Counted from the first letter of the stretch, positions 10,068 through 20,139 are shown. The stretch is DNA of 64,000 bases from an uncultured delta proteobacterium (GCA_963796055.1 CAWCKH010000004.1:480001-544000); one strand, 5' to 3'. Notes: generated by a model from the letters alone, not told the origin. Numbers and translations: made by a program.

Positions 10068-11582
10068 ATGGCTGAGGTCATGGTGGCCGTCCGCGTGCCG
10101 GAGGGCGTGCGGCAGTGGGGCGTGCGTACCGCGGTGCTGATCGCCGCGGTGACCCTGGTGCGCCTGCTGTTCGTCTCCACCACCGACATCGCGAACGGCG
10201 AGGCCTACTACTACGTCTGGTCCCGCTTCCCCTCGCTCAGCTACTACGACCACCCGCCGCTGGTGGCCTGGATGGCCTGGCTCACCACCCGCACGTCCCA
10301 CGGGTCGCTGGCCATCCGCTCCGGCCCGCTGCTCTGCGCGGCGCTCTTCGGCGCGCTCCTCTACACCCTCGGCCGCCGCCTGTTCTCGCCCCGTGCCGGC
10401 TTCATCGCGGTGGCCATCGCCACGGTCATCCCGGTCTTCTTCGCCTCCAGCTACGCGCTGAACCCCGAGGCCCCGCTCGCGCCGCTGTGGGTGCTGGGAC
10501 TGCTGACCCTGGAGCGGATGCGCACGCACGACGAGGCGTGGCGCCCCCTCGCCGCGGGGGCGGTGGCCGGGCTGGCCTTCCTCGCCAAGTACTCGGGGGT
10601 GCTGCTGCTGGGGGTGGGGCTGCTCTACGTCCTGGTGTCGCCACAGGGGCGGCGCTGGCTCCGGCGGCCGTGGCTGTACCTCGGAAGCGTGGTGGCGCTG
10701 GCGGTGGCCACGCCGGTCCTGGTGTGGAACCAGCAGCGGGGATGGCCGTCCGTGGTGCTCCACCTCGTCGAGCGCCGCGCCCCCACCGACGCCGCCACCC
10801 TCGCCCTCAACGCCTGGCATGCGCTGGTGGGCCAGCTCGCCCCCTTCCACCCGCTGATCTTCCCCGGGCTGATGGTGGTGCTGGCGATCTGCATCCGGCG
10901 CTCGGCCAGCGACGACCGATTCCGCTTCCTCGCGCTCGCCAGCTGGCCAGTCCTGCTCTTCTTCCTGCTGATGATGATCCGCGTCCGCGACGCCGAGTCC
11001 CACTGGACCATGGTGGGCTACGTCCCGCTGGCGGTGGCGGCGGGCGGGCTCCTCGACGAGCGCGCCGGGCGACTGTCCAGCGCGCTCCGGTGGTACATCG
11101 GGGCCTGTCTGGCCATCACCCTGGCCGGCACCCTCGTCTTCTATGCCTACTCCCAGGCCCCTGCCCTGCGCCGGTTCCTCCCGGCGGGGGTCCGTGACCC
11201 GGACCGCGACTTCTTCAACGAGATGGTCGGCTGGAGCGAGGTCCGGGCCATGGTGGCCCAGGAGGCCTCCGCGCTGGGGTCGGGGACGGTGGTCGCCAGC
11301 TGCCAGTACGCGCTCTGCGCGCACCTCCTCACCGCGCTGGACGATCGCCCCCCGGTCTACTGCCCAGGGCCACGGAGGACGGAGTTCGACTTCCTCGGCC
11401 GTCGGGATCCGCCGCCGAGTGTCCCGGTGGTGTACGTCCAGGACGACCACTACCGCGAGGCTCCCGCGACCTTGTTGCCGGGCCGTGACTGCCGACCGGC
11501 CCGGACCCTGGCCGTGGAGCGCGACGGGGTGGTGATGCAGCGCTACCACCTGTGGGCCTGCGCACCGCGAGGCGGAGGGTGA
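10068..11582 (+). CDS. GT39/ArnT-like membrane glycosyltransferase
   Basis: EAYYYVWSR..SLSYYDHPPLVAW, GLAFLAKYSG, PVLVWN, HWT; about 11 TM helices. Confidence 0.85.
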   Translation: MAEVMVAVRVPEGVRQWGVRTAVLIAAVTLVRLLFVSTTDIANGEAYYYVWSRFPSLSYYDHPPLVAWMAWLTTRTSHGSLAIRSGPLLCAALFGALLYTLGRRLFSPRAGFIAVAIATVIPVFFASSYALNPEAPLAPLWVLGLLTLERMRTHDEAWRPLAAGAVAGLAFLAKYSGVLLLGVGLLYVLVSPQGRRWLRRPWLYLGSVVALAVATPVLVWNQQRGWPSVVLHLVERRAPTDAATLALNAWHALVGQLAPFHPLIFPGLMVVLAICIRRSASDDRFRFLALASWPVLLFFLLMMIRVRDAESHWTMVGYVPLAVAAGGLLDERAGRLSSALRWYIGACLAITLAGTLVFYAYSQAPALRRFLPAGVRDPDRDFFNEMVGWSEVRAMVAQEASALGSGTVVASCQYALCAHLLTALDDRPPVYCPGPRRTEFDFLGRRDPPPSVPVVYVQDDHYREAPATLLPGRDCRPARTLAVERDGVVMQRYHLWACAPRGGG

Positions 11583-14113
11583 GCGTGCCCCCGGTCTCTC
11601 TTCCCCCGGCCCTGCGCCGTGCCGTGGACCGGCTCATCGGCTGGCAGCTCCGCCGGCCGCTCCGGGTGCTCTCGGTGGTCGCGGTGCTGACGGCGGTCTC
11701 CATCGCGCTCGCCACCCGCCTGAGGCTCGAGACCGGGTTCGAGAGCCTCCTCCCGGAGTCGCGGCCCAGCGTCGTCGAGCTCCACCGGGTCTCGGAGCGC
11801 ACCGCGAGCCAGTCCACCATCTTCGTGGTCCTCGAGGGGCAGGACCCCGCCGGGCTCCGGCGGGCCACAGACGCGCTGGTCCCCGCGCTGCGGGCGCTGG
11901 GGCCACCCTGGGTCGGGAGCGTGGAGAACGGGGTGCAGGACGCGCTGGCCTTCCTCCGCCCGCGCACGGGCCTGTACGCGGATCTGGGGGTCCTGAAGCG
12001 GCTCCGGGACGACGTCGAGGCCCGCTACGCCTACGAGGTCGGGAAGCAGACCGGGCTGCAGCTCGGGCTGGAGGAGGCGCCGCCGCCGCCCATCGCTCCG
12101 GACACGGTGAAGTCTCGCCTGGGGGTGAAGGCCGAGGACGAGCGCCGCTTCCCAGCCGACGGCCGCTACCAGAGCGCCGACGGCAAGACGGCGGTGGTGG
12201 TCATCCGGAGCGGGGTCATCGGCGCCGACTTCCGGAAGGCCGAGGAAGCGGTGGCCCGGGTCTCCGAGGTGGTCCGCAGGGTGAACCCCGCGTCGTTCGA
12301 TCCCGCAGCCCGGTGGGACCTGAGCGGCGACCTCCTCATCGGTCTGGCGGAGTACCGGCTCATCAACCGGGACCTCACCGAGGTGGGCCTGGCCGGGACG
12401 CTGCTCATCCTCGGCGTCGTCTTCCTCTACTACCTGCGCATCCGGGCGGTTCTCTCGATGGGCCTGGCCATCGGAATCGGCGTGGCGTGGACCTTCGCCC
12501 TGACCGAGCTGCTCATCGGGCGGCTCAACCTCGCCACTGGCTTCCTCTTCACCATCATCGCCGGCAACGGCATCAACTTCTCCATCCTCCTGATGGCCCG
12601 CTACCTCGAGGAACGGCGGCGGGGGACGCCCACCGAGGCCGCCATCGTCGAGGCGATGCGCCGTACCTGGCGTCCCACGCTCACCGCCGCCGCGACTGCC
12701 TCGGCGGCGTACGGGGCGCTGGTGGTCTCCGAGTTCAAGGGCTTCCGGGAGTTCGGCTGGATCGGTGGGATGGGGATGCTGGTCTGCTGGGCGGCGGCGT
12801 TCCTGTCGCTTCCGTCGATCCTCCTCTTGATGGAGCGGATGGTCCCGCTGGAGCGCGAATCCTGGTGGCGCCGGACGCTCCGGGTCCGTGGGGAGGGCGT
12901 TCCGTTCGGAAAGCCCTTCGCACGCATCGTGGCCAGGGCGCCGCGGACCATCACCGTGGTCGGGGCGGTGCTGGCCGTGGCCGGCGCGGTGCTCACCGTC
13001 CTCTACGTGCGCTCGGATCCGATGGAGTACGACACCAACAAGATCCAGAGCGATCGCTCCGCGGTCGCCGAGGTGCACCGGCTCTTCCACGTGGCGTCGG
13101 GCCTGACCGGCTTCGTGGGCGTGGACGGCATGGCGGTGATGACCGACCGCCTCGACCAGGTGGCGCCCCTGAAGGCCGCGCTCGAGGCCCGGCGCGACGC
13201 CGCCCCGCCGGACGCCAGGCCGTTCAAGGCGGTGCACACCCTCGACGACTTCGTGCCCAGGGACCAGGAGGCGAAGATCCCGGTGCTGATGCAGCTCCGG
13301 CGCCGCATCCTCAAGGCGCACCAGCGGGGCCTGGTGCCGGACTGGGAGAAGGTCGAGCCTTACCTCCCGCCGGAGAACCTGACGCCCTTCGGCATCGCCG
13401 AGCTGCCCGACGCCATCGCCCGGCCGTTCACCGAGAAGGACGGCACCCGCGGGCGCATCGTCTACATCAGCCCGGCCGACGGCACCGACACCGCGGACGC
13501 GCATTACCTCCTGCGCTGGGCGGATGGGTACCGGAGCACCGTCCTTCCAGACGGGACGGAGATCCGTGGTTCGGGGCGGGCGGTCATCTACGCCGACATG
13601 TGGAGCGCGATCCTCCACGACGTGCCCCGGGCAGTCGCGGTGTCCATCCTCGCCACCCTGTGCATCGTGGCCCTGAGCTTCCGGAACCGCCGGGCAATGA
13701 GCCGGGTCATGCTCTCGCTGCTGGTGGGAGTGTTCTGGACGGTGGGGATGCTGGCGCTGCTGAAATTCAAGCTGAACTTCCTCAACTTCATCGCCCTGCC
13801 GGTCACCTTCGGGATAGGCGTGGACTACGCGGTGAACATCGTCCAGCGAGAGCTCGAGCTGCGCGACCCGCTCGAGGTGCTGCGGCGCACGGGCGGAGCG
13901 GTCGTCCTCTGCAGCTGCACCACCCTGCTCGGGTACCTCGCGCTGGCCCGCTCGCTCAACTACGGGGTGCGGAGCCTGGGCATCACCGCGGTCATCGGGG
14001 AGGCGGCGTGCATCCTGGCGGCGGTGCTGGTGCTCCCGGCCGCGCTGGTCTGGCAGCGGCAGCGCCGCGCGCCCGAGGCGGTCGCCGGGGCCGGTGAGGC
14101 CGCGACCGGCTGA
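11579..14113 (+). CDS. MMPL/RND-family lipid exporter
   Basis: GTG overlaps the upstream stop. Two TM blocks with IIAGNGINFSI and FGIGVDYAVNI motifs separated by periplasmic domains. Confidence 0.88.
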   Translation: MSVPPVSLPPALRRAVDRLIGWQLRRPLRVLSVVAVLTAVSIALATRLRLETGFESLLPESRPSVVELHRVSERTASQSTIFVVLEGQDPAGLRRATDALVPALRALGPPWVGSVENGVQDALAFLRPRTGLYADLGVLKRLRDDVEARYAYEVGKQTGLQLGLEEAPPPPIAPDTVKSRLGVKAEDERRFPADGRYQSADGKTAVVVIRSGVIGADFRKAEEAVARVSEVVRRVNPASFDPAARWDLSGDLLIGLAEYRLINRDLTEVGLAGTLLILGVVFLYYLRIRAVLSMGLAIGIGVAWTFALTELLIGRLNLATGFLFTIIAGNGINFSILLMARYLEERRRGTPTEAAIVEAMRRTWRPTLTAAATASAAYGALVVSEFKGFREFGWIGGMGMLVCWAAAFLSLPSILLLMERMVPLERESWWRRTLRVRGEGVPFGKPFARIVARAPRTITVVGAVLAVAGAVLTVLYVRSDPMEYDTNKIQSDRSAVAEVHRLFHVASGLTGFVGVDGMAVMTDRLDQVAPLKAALEARRDAAPPDARPFKAVHTLDDFVPRDQEAKIPVLMQLRRRILKAHQRGLVPDWEKVEPYLPPENLTPFGIAELPDAIARPFTEKDGTRGRIVYISPADGTDTADAHYLLRWADGYRSTVLPDGTEIRGSGRAVIYADMWSAILHDVPRAVAVSILATLCIVALSFRNRRAMSRVMLSLLVGVFWTVGMLALLKFKLNFLNFIALPVTFGIGVDYAVNIVQRELELRDPLEVLRRTGGAVVLCSCTTLLGYLALARSLNYGVRSLGITAVIGEAACILAAVLVLPAALVWQRQRRAPEAVAGAGEAATG

Positions 14114-14123
14114 GATACAAGGC

Positions 14124-14738
14124 TCAGGGCCTCGCCTCCTCCCGGGCGGCCTCCAGCGCGTCCTCCAGCCGGTCGTTCCCCCAGTACATCTCTCCCCGGG
14201 CGAAGAAGGTGGGCGCGCCGAAGATGCCCCGCGCCTGTGCCCGCTGCACCTGGGCGCGCAGCTTCGGCCTCTCCTCGGGCGCCTGGACCCGGGCCAGGAT
14301 CGCCTCGGCCGGCAGCGCCAGGGACTCCAGCACCTCGGTGACGGTCTCCGCCGTGGAGATGTCCCGGTCCTCGGCGAAGTTGGCGCGGGCCATCGCCCGG
14401 CAGAACGACGGCATCCACGGCTCGCCCCGGCCCAGCAGCGCCACCCGCACCGGGAGCACCGTGTTCTGCGGAAAGCGGGTCGGCTTCCGCCAGGGAAGCC
14501 CGTACTTCGCGGCCTGGCGCTCCATGTCCTTCCACACGTAGGCGCCCTTTTCTTTCTGGAGGACGAAAGGCGAGCTCTTCCAGCCGAACGCCTCGAAGAT
14601 GGGGCCGAGGAGGAAGGGCTCCCACCGAACCGTCACCCCGGCCTGCCCGGCGAGCGCCTCGATGCGGAGGAGAGTCAGGTAGCTGTAGTTGCTCGCCAGA
14701 TCGAACCACAGCTCCAGCACCGGAGGCCCGACGCTCAT
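14124..14738 (-). CDS. 2-hydroxychromene-2-carboxylate isomerase / DsbA-like (GST kappa family)
   Basis: WFDLASNYSYL, PFLLGPIF, RGIFGAPTF, YWGNDRL. Confidence 0.88.
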   Translation of the reverse strand: MSVGPPVLELWFDLASNYSYLTLLRIEALAGQAGVTVRWEPFLLGPIFEAFGWKSSPFVLQKEKGAYVWKDMERQAAKYGLPWRKPTRFPQNTVLPVRVALLGRGEPWMPSFCRAMARANFAEDRDISTAETVTEVLESLALPAEAILARVQAPEERPKLRAQVQRAQARGIFGAPTFFARGEMYWGNDRLEDALEAAREEARP

Positions 14739-15595
14739 CGGAAGGTGACCAGCACCCGGGCGTCGATGCTCTGTCGCGGCGGGGCGTCGGGCGGCATGGC
14801 CGGATGTTCGAATGCGGCGTGGGGGACGAACCGCGCCGCCCCGAGATCCGAGTCGTACTGCTTGAAGAGCAGCGCCTCTTCCCGGCGCATCCCGGAGACA
14901 TAGGACCAGCGCTGCTCCGGCTGGTGGCGGACCAGGGAGATTTCCCCGGTGCGCTCGGGGTATCGAAGCTCGCTCGCCACCAGCGCGTCCGGGCTCACGC
15001 TCCGGGCATCGCAGAGCGCGAGTGGTGTGTCCAGCACCGGCGCGACCCCGATGGAGCGCCAGACATTGACGATGGCGAAGCGCCCGCGCGGGGTCCGGCC
15101 CTCGAGCACCATGCCGAAACGTCTCACCCCCGAGCGCTCGGTGTAGTCGACGTGCACCAGGCCCGCCGGACCGGCGAAGGGACCGCGGCGAGCGCCTAGG
15201 ATCATCTGCGGACGGCCGAACTCGCGCCTCCGCACCAGGTGGTCGAAGACCTGCGCCTCCTCGGCGCCGGTGGCGCGCAGCACCAGCTCTGCGATCTCCG
15301 GGTAATAGCGGCGGCGCACCTCGTCCGGGTCGAGGAAGTCGCCCATGGCCGACGGCGCGTGCCAGAGCTCGAACCCGTTGCGGTCGAGATCCAGGAAGCC
15401 CGAGGTGTCCCGGACGTCGTGGATGGTGACCGACCGGGCGACGTACTCGCAGTTGTGGGGGGGCATGCCCGGGGGTGGCCTTCCCACGTAGCTGAAGGGG
15501 ACATCAGGACAGCTGGCGAGATACAGGAGCGGGGCGACGACCGACGACGGCCGCCGCCGCTCTCCTTTGGTGAATTGGGCGATGCTCGGGTCCAT
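14735..15595 (-). CDS. CmcJ/NvfI-family oxidoreductase
   Basis: LDRNGFEL, YYPE, VFDHLVRR, VHVDYT, IVNVWRSI, PLALCDARS, FKQYDS, PHAAF, RQSIDARVLV. Start ATG 15595. Confidence 0.82.
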   Translation of the reverse strand: MDPSIAQFTKGERRRPSSVVAPLLYLASCPDVPFSYVGRPPPGMPPHNCEYVARSVTIHDVRDTSGFLDLDRNGFELWHAPSAMGDFLDPDEVRRRYYPEIAELVLRATGAEEAQVFDHLVRRREFGRPQMILGARRGPFAGPAGLVHVDYTERSGVRRFGMVLEGRTPRGRFAIVNVWRSIGVAPVLDTPLALCDARSVSPDALVASELRYPERTGEISLVRHQPEQRWSYVSGMRREEALLFKQYDSDLGAARFVPHAAFEHPAMPPDAPPRQSIDARVLVTFR

Positions 15596-15667
15596 GGGTC
15601 TTCTCAGTAGAGGCCGGGCGTCCGGGACTCCAATGCCGTCTCGGGTCGGTTCGCATGCGGAGCGGGA

Positions 15668-16353
15668 ATGCCACCCCGCCTCCTGAACCTCCCTCCGCTG
15701 GAGCTGTTCCGGGGCTTCGTGGCCGTCGGGCGCTCGCTGAGCATCACCGCCGCCGCTCGCGAGCTGGCCATCACCCAGCCCGCGCTCAGCCGGCAGATCC
15801 ACGCCCTGGAGGATGCGCTGGGGTGCGCACTGTTCGTCCGCCATCACCGGAGCCTCGAGCTCACCCCGGAGGGGACCCGGCTCCTCCGCACCGCGGATGC
15901 GTGGCTGGACCAGCTCGGCGAGGCGATCGAGGCGCTTCGCCCGGTGGATCCGAGCTCGGTGGCCATCACCACCTCCAGCAGCTTCGCGGCCCTGTGGCTC
16001 CTCCCCCATCTCGGAGAGCTCCAGGGCAGCCATCCCGACGTCGATCTGAGAGTGGTGGCCAGCAACCGGGTGCTCGACCTGGAGCGCGAGGCCGTCGACC
16101 TCGCGGTGCGCTACTGCCCCGCGGAGCACGCCCCGTCCGGAGCGGTCCGGCTGTTCGGCGAGGACCTCGTCCCGGTGGCCACCAGGGCGGTCGATCTGGA
16201 GGATCCGCTCCAGCTCGGGAAAGCGGTCCTGCTCGACTACGACGACCCGGCCCATCCTACTGGCTGGTGTCGCGGAGCCGGCCGCTCGGGCGGAACGCCG
16301 GTCGGGTGCGGTCCTGGCTCCTCTCCCGGGCCTCGGGTGACGTCGAGGACTGA
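15668..16353 (+). pseudogene. GcvA-like LysR regulator with internal deletion and frameshift
   Basis: Intact HTH (SITAAARELAITQPALSRQIHALE) and effector domain up to YDDPAHP (~16257). The LysR-type tail YWLVSRSRPLGRNAGRVRSWLLSR continues in another frame to TGA 16353. Confidence 0.75.
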
Positions 16354-16461
16354 GCCGTCCCCTCAGGCCTTGGGTCGCCCGGCCGGCAAGCCCATGGCAC
16401 CGGTCAAGGCCTGCCGTGTGTGGTGACCCTGGCTCGCGCCGATGTCAGACTTCGGCGGGTC

Positions 16462-16794
16462 ATGGGCGCTCTCCGTGCACGGGCGGCAGTTCTCATGCTG
16501 CTGGCCGGCTGCGCGACCGGCGGCGGGGCCGAGGTGAACGGCATCCTGGTGCTGCTCCAGCCGCCTGACGAGGCATGTGATCCGCTGGGCTCGATGGGGG
16601 TGCGGATGTCCACCGAGCTCCTGATGCCCGAGGATGCCCTGCTCGCCTCCGCGGTGAGCGAGCTGCGCCGGCGCGCGGCGATGCGCGGGGCCACGCACCT
16701 GGTCGTCGCCCGTCCGTCGAGCCGCGGGGCGATGGCCTACGGCACCACCGCCGCCGCATCGGGCCTCGCGTACCGCTGTCCGTCGTCGCGCTGA
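16462..16794 (+). CDS. Small lipoprotein (DUF4156-like)
   Basis: Lipobox LLAGC; C..LG, ELRRRAAMRGATHLV, GLAYRC pattern. Confidence 0.6.
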   Translation: MGALRARAAVLMLLAGCATGGGAEVNGILVLLQPPDEACDPLGSMGVRMSTELLMPEDALLASAVSELRRRAAMRGATHLVVARPSSRGAMAYGTTAAASGLAYRCPSSR

Positions 16795-17024
16795 GCCCTC
16801 GCGGGCCGCGCTGGTGCGACATCCGTCAACGAACGTCGCTCGACGCGCGTGAAGGATTTCAGCGTGCGCGGCGAGCGTGCTCGCCCGTCGAAGAGCCGGG
16901 GAGACGAGCCACACCTGACCACATCGAAGCGAGTCCTTCTTACCTCCGCACCCGCGTGTGAGGGTCCGCGGTCCACAACACGCCCCGGGGCACTGCGCCT
17001 CGGGCTCCTCTCACGCGGGAAGGC

Positions 17025-19010
17025 ATGAACACACCACGAACTGCAACAGCGACCACCGCCGCCCTCTCCCTGATCCTCGCCGCCTGCGGACCCTCCGGCG
17101 CCGAGGACGGAGGTCCGCCGGACTCCGAGATCGCGACCACCACCGCCGCCATCGACACCTCCCTGCTCCCCAAGCAGTTCCGGACCAGCTGGGCGCCGGG
17201 TATTCCCGGTGGCGTGCCGCGGGACAACGACCCGGTGCGGCCGGCGACCGTCTGGGTTCCGGCGGGCAACCCGTATGGCGGGTATTCGGTCAACCCCGCC
17301 CTGACCGGCGCGGGCAACGCCGCGGCGTTCACCAGCGCGATGCAGGCGGCGATCAATGCCGCAGGCGCGGCCGCCACCCCGAGCAGCCGGAAGATCGTGT
17401 TCCTGAGGGCGGGCACCTACTACGTCAATCCGCAGATGCTTCCGAACAAGGGCGGCCGGGTCGGGCTCTACGTCACGGTGGACAACGTGACCATCCGCGG
17501 CGAGGGCGCCGACCGGACGCGGCTGGTGGCCAACGGGACCATCCCCGAGTACGGCACCGTGGTGCTGTTCGGCCATCGCACCGGCTTCTCCGATGCCGAC
17601 TTCCGGGTGACGGCGGTGACCGGCAACGCCTGGATGGGCACCACCAACGTGCCGGTGGCCGACGCCAGCCGGTTCGCAGTGGGCGACGTGGTGACCATCG
17701 ACACCCTGGATGGTCCGGCGAAGACCGTGGGCAGTGTCCGCTTCAACCACGACTACATCTGGTTCTACGACGCGCAGTACTTCAAGCGGCAGCCGTCGTA
17801 CTTCTGGGAGGGCCCGAGCACCGGCGCCCCGGCGCTCGACGTGCACGACCTGGCCAGCGCCAACGCCGCCGCGGTGAACGCGGTGCCCCGGTGGCGCTCG
17901 CTGATGCAGACCAGCGAGATCGTGGCCATCAGCGGCAACACCCTGTACCTCAAGGACCGGCTGGTGGTGGATTTCACGGCCTGGCGCTCGCCGCAGGTGT
18001 GGCGGGTGGTGCCGAAGGACAACCGCTCGGTGTCCCTCGGCAACCGCTGGTCGGGCATCGAGTCCATCGCGGTGGCCGGCGGGAACAACCAGTGGGGCTT
18101 CCCGGGCGGCACCATCGCCTTCAGCTACATGTCCTACGCCTGGGCGAAGAACGTCGAGGCCGACGGCTCGCGCGCGGGCGCGGGCCACCCGGGGAAGGAC
18201 GGCTACAACATCGGTCTCGGGCGCTGCTACCGGTGCGAGGTCCGCGACTCGTACGTGCACGACTCGCGCGACGAGAACCCCGGAGGTCAGGCCTACGGCA
18301 TCGTGGTCGGCACCGGGACCTCGGCGAGCCTGGTGGAGAACAACATCTCCATCAACAACAACAAGCCCGTGGTCTCCATCTCCAGCGGGGGCGGGAACGT
18401 CATCGCCTACAACTACGTGGACAACGCGGTCATCTGGAGCGCGCCGGGCTGGCAGGAGAACGCCATCGACGACAGCCACGGGGCCTTCACCCACCACGAC
18501 CTGGTGGAGGGGAACTGGACGCCGAACCTCGGCTCGGACACCACCCACGGGAACTCCGGGTGGCACGTGCACTTCCGGAACTACGCCACTGGCCGGAACT
18601 CGTCGGGGAGCGTCACCGGCAACATTCGCGCGGTCGGCGTGGACGCCTGGACGCACGAGAGCGCCTTCGTGGGCAACGTGCTCCGCGGCGGGAACGTCTA
18701 CGAGACCAATCCCTCGTCCCGGAACGGAACGCCAATCTTCTCCCTGGGAAACAACTTCCTGTCGGGCGGCAACTGGGACGACGGCTACGCCAAGGCCCAT
18801 GTCTGGCGTGATGGCAACTGGGATTCGGTGAACGGGCGCACCGTCTGGGCCGCCGGGGTGAAGGCGCTTCCGCCGTCGCTCTACCGGAGCACCAAGCCGG
18901 CGTTCTTCGGAAGCAACCCCTGGCCGTGGGTGGATCCATCGACCGGGGCGGTGTCCACCTTGCCTGCCAAGGCGCGCTACGACGCCGGCAGGCCGAACGT
19001 CGTTCCCTGA
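17025..19010 (+). CDS. Large lipoprotein with parallel beta-helix (pectate lyase/GH55-like fold)
   Basis: Lipobox LAAC; AMQAAINAA..IVFLRAGTY..VTIRGEG beta-helix entry motif; Asn-rich repeats (LVENNI, NVIAYNY, LVEGN). Confidence 0.75.
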   Translation: MNTPRTATATTAALSLILAACGPSGAEDGGPPDSEIATTTAAIDTSLLPKQFRTSWAPGIPGGVPRDNDPVRPATVWVPAGNPYGGYSVNPALTGAGNAAAFTSAMQAAINAAGAAATPSSRKIVFLRAGTYYVNPQMLPNKGGRVGLYVTVDNVTIRGEGADRTRLVANGTIPEYGTVVLFGHRTGFSDADFRVTAVTGNAWMGTTNVPVADASRFAVGDVVTIDTLDGPAKTVGSVRFNHDYIWFYDAQYFKRQPSYFWEGPSTGAPALDVHDLASANAAAVNAVPRWRSLMQTSEIVAISGNTLYLKDRLVVDFTAWRSPQVWRVVPKDNRSVSLGNRWSGIESIAVAGGNNQWGFPGGTIAFSYMSYAWAKNVEADGSRAGAGHPGKDGYNIGLGRCYRCEVRDSYVHDSRDENPGGQAYGIVVGTGTSASLVENNISINNNKPVVSISSGGGNVIAYNYVDNAVIWSAPGWQENAIDDSHGAFTHHDLVEGNWTPNLGSDTTHGNSGWHVHFRNYATGRNSSGSVTGNIRAVGVDAWTHESAFVGNVLRGGNVYETNPSSRNGTPIFSLGNNFLSGGNWDDGYAKAHVWRDGNWDSVNGRTVWAAGVKALPPSLYRSTKPAFFGSNPWPWVDPSTGAVSTLPAKARYDAGRPNVVP

Positions 19011-19034
19011 CCGGGACTCCGGGCGCGCCGGCGG

Positions 19035-19174
19035 TCAGCGCTGGCCGGCGCGCTCGTGCATCCAGGCCTCGCTCACCCGCTGGGCGCGGTCGGGCCGGTC
19101 CACCACCAGGATGAGCTGATGGGCGTGCCCAGCGCCCCGGGACGGTGCGGGAGCCGCAGGCACAGGTCCCTCAT
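19035..19174 (-). pseudogene. ACT-domain protein remnant (internal deletion and frameshift)
   Basis: ATG 19174 overlaps the OsmC stop. N-terminus MRDLCLRLPHRPGALG; C-terminus HAHQLILVVDRPDRAQRVSEAWM is in another frame. Confidence 0.65.
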
Positions 19175-19674
19175 GGCCGGGCCGCCTCGCCGGGCAGCCG
19201 GACCTCGGGCGCGTGCCGGACGGCAAAGTTGCAGGAGCCGGCGATGAAGCACTGCTGGCCGGCGCGCTGGTGAAGAGACCGCGCGAGGGCGAGGTCGGTC
19301 CCTGCGGCGACGGTCACCTGGGGCCGGAGGATGACCTCCTGGAAGCTTCCGCCGCCATCCGGACGGAGGACCATCGTCCCCTCGGCGGAGTCCTCGTAGG
19401 TGAGCACCTGGACGCCGGCCCGTGCGCACAGCGCGAGATAGCTCAGCATGTGACAGCCGGCGAGCGCCGCGACCAGGAGGTCCTCCGGGTTGTGCAAGGT
19501 CGAGTCTCCGCGGAACGCCGGATCGGCACTGGCGACCAGGTCCGGCTTCCCTTCCATCCGGATGCGGTACTGCCTCCCGTAGCTGCGGTAGTCCGCGGTC
19601 CCGCTGCCCTGGTTGCCCTCCCACACCAGCGAGGCACGGTACGAGTGACTTCGATGCGAGGCGTCGGTGGTCAT
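19171..19674 (-). CDS. OsmC/Ohr-family protein
   Basis: WEGNQGSGT..YRSYGR, SADPAFRGD, NPEDLLVAALAGCHMLSYL, CFIAGS (two Cys). Confidence 0.9.
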   Translation of the reverse strand: MTTDASHRSHSYRASLVWEGNQGSGTADYRSYGRQYRIRMEGKPDLVASADPAFRGDSTLHNPEDLLVAALAGCHMLSYLALCARAGVQVLTYEDSAEGTMVLRPDGGGSFQEVILRPQVTVAAGTDLALARSLHQRAGQQCFIAGSCNFAVRHAPEVRLPGEAARP

Positions 19675-19773
19675 GACCAGCCGGGAGAGTAGCGCCCCTC
19701 GCATCAGCGAAACTTCGGCGACACCCGAATCGTTGCCGGCAAACCAGGTCGCGACCGCTAGAGTCCGACGGCG

Positions 19774-20139
19774 ATGCCCACCACCACATTCCTCGGCAAC
19801 GCGTTCCACTCGGTCTCGCAGAACGGGAGCCGCCTCTTCGACCAGGGGCCGTTCAGCACCTGGGTGGGGAATCTCGTACTGGACCTCGCCAGCACGCCGC
19901 TCCCGCCGGGGCGCTACCAGGTCCAGGCCGAGGTGGTCATCGCCGGAAACGTGGAGATCTACCTCCCCGGCGACGCCAGCTTCACCCTCACCGGCAGCAC
20001 GGTCCTCGGGGAGCGCAAGGTGCGAGACGGGCTCGACGACGGCAAGCAGCTCCGGCGCCGGTGGGACCACTTCTTCGGCCGCACATCGCAGGTTCCGGCG
20101 CTGCCGGCGAGCTTTCCCCTGGCCCCCCATCGGCTCTGA
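19774..20139 (+). CDS. Small protein with LiaF-C-terminal-like beta domain (possibly truncated)
   Basis: GNLVLDL...GNVEIYLP....TVLGE pattern; coding-like codon usage. Confidence 0.5.
   Translation: MPTTTFLGNAFHSVSQNGSRLFDQGPFSTWVGNLVLDLASTPLPPGRYQVQAEVVIAGNVEIYLPGDASFTLTGSTVLGERKVRDGLDDGKQLRRRWDHFFGRTSQVPALPASFPLAPHRL

Noticed and set aside
8649..11549. 966-aa minus-strand ORF, and similar long antisense ORFs such as 45103-47745 and 57680-60304
   Set aside because: Shadow frames of real high-GC genes; Arg/Gly/Pro-rich and without motifs.
16795..17024. Hairpins upstream of the beta-helix lipoprotein as a possible riboswitch
   Set aside because: No known aptamer consensus recognised; GC-rich stems are expected by chance.
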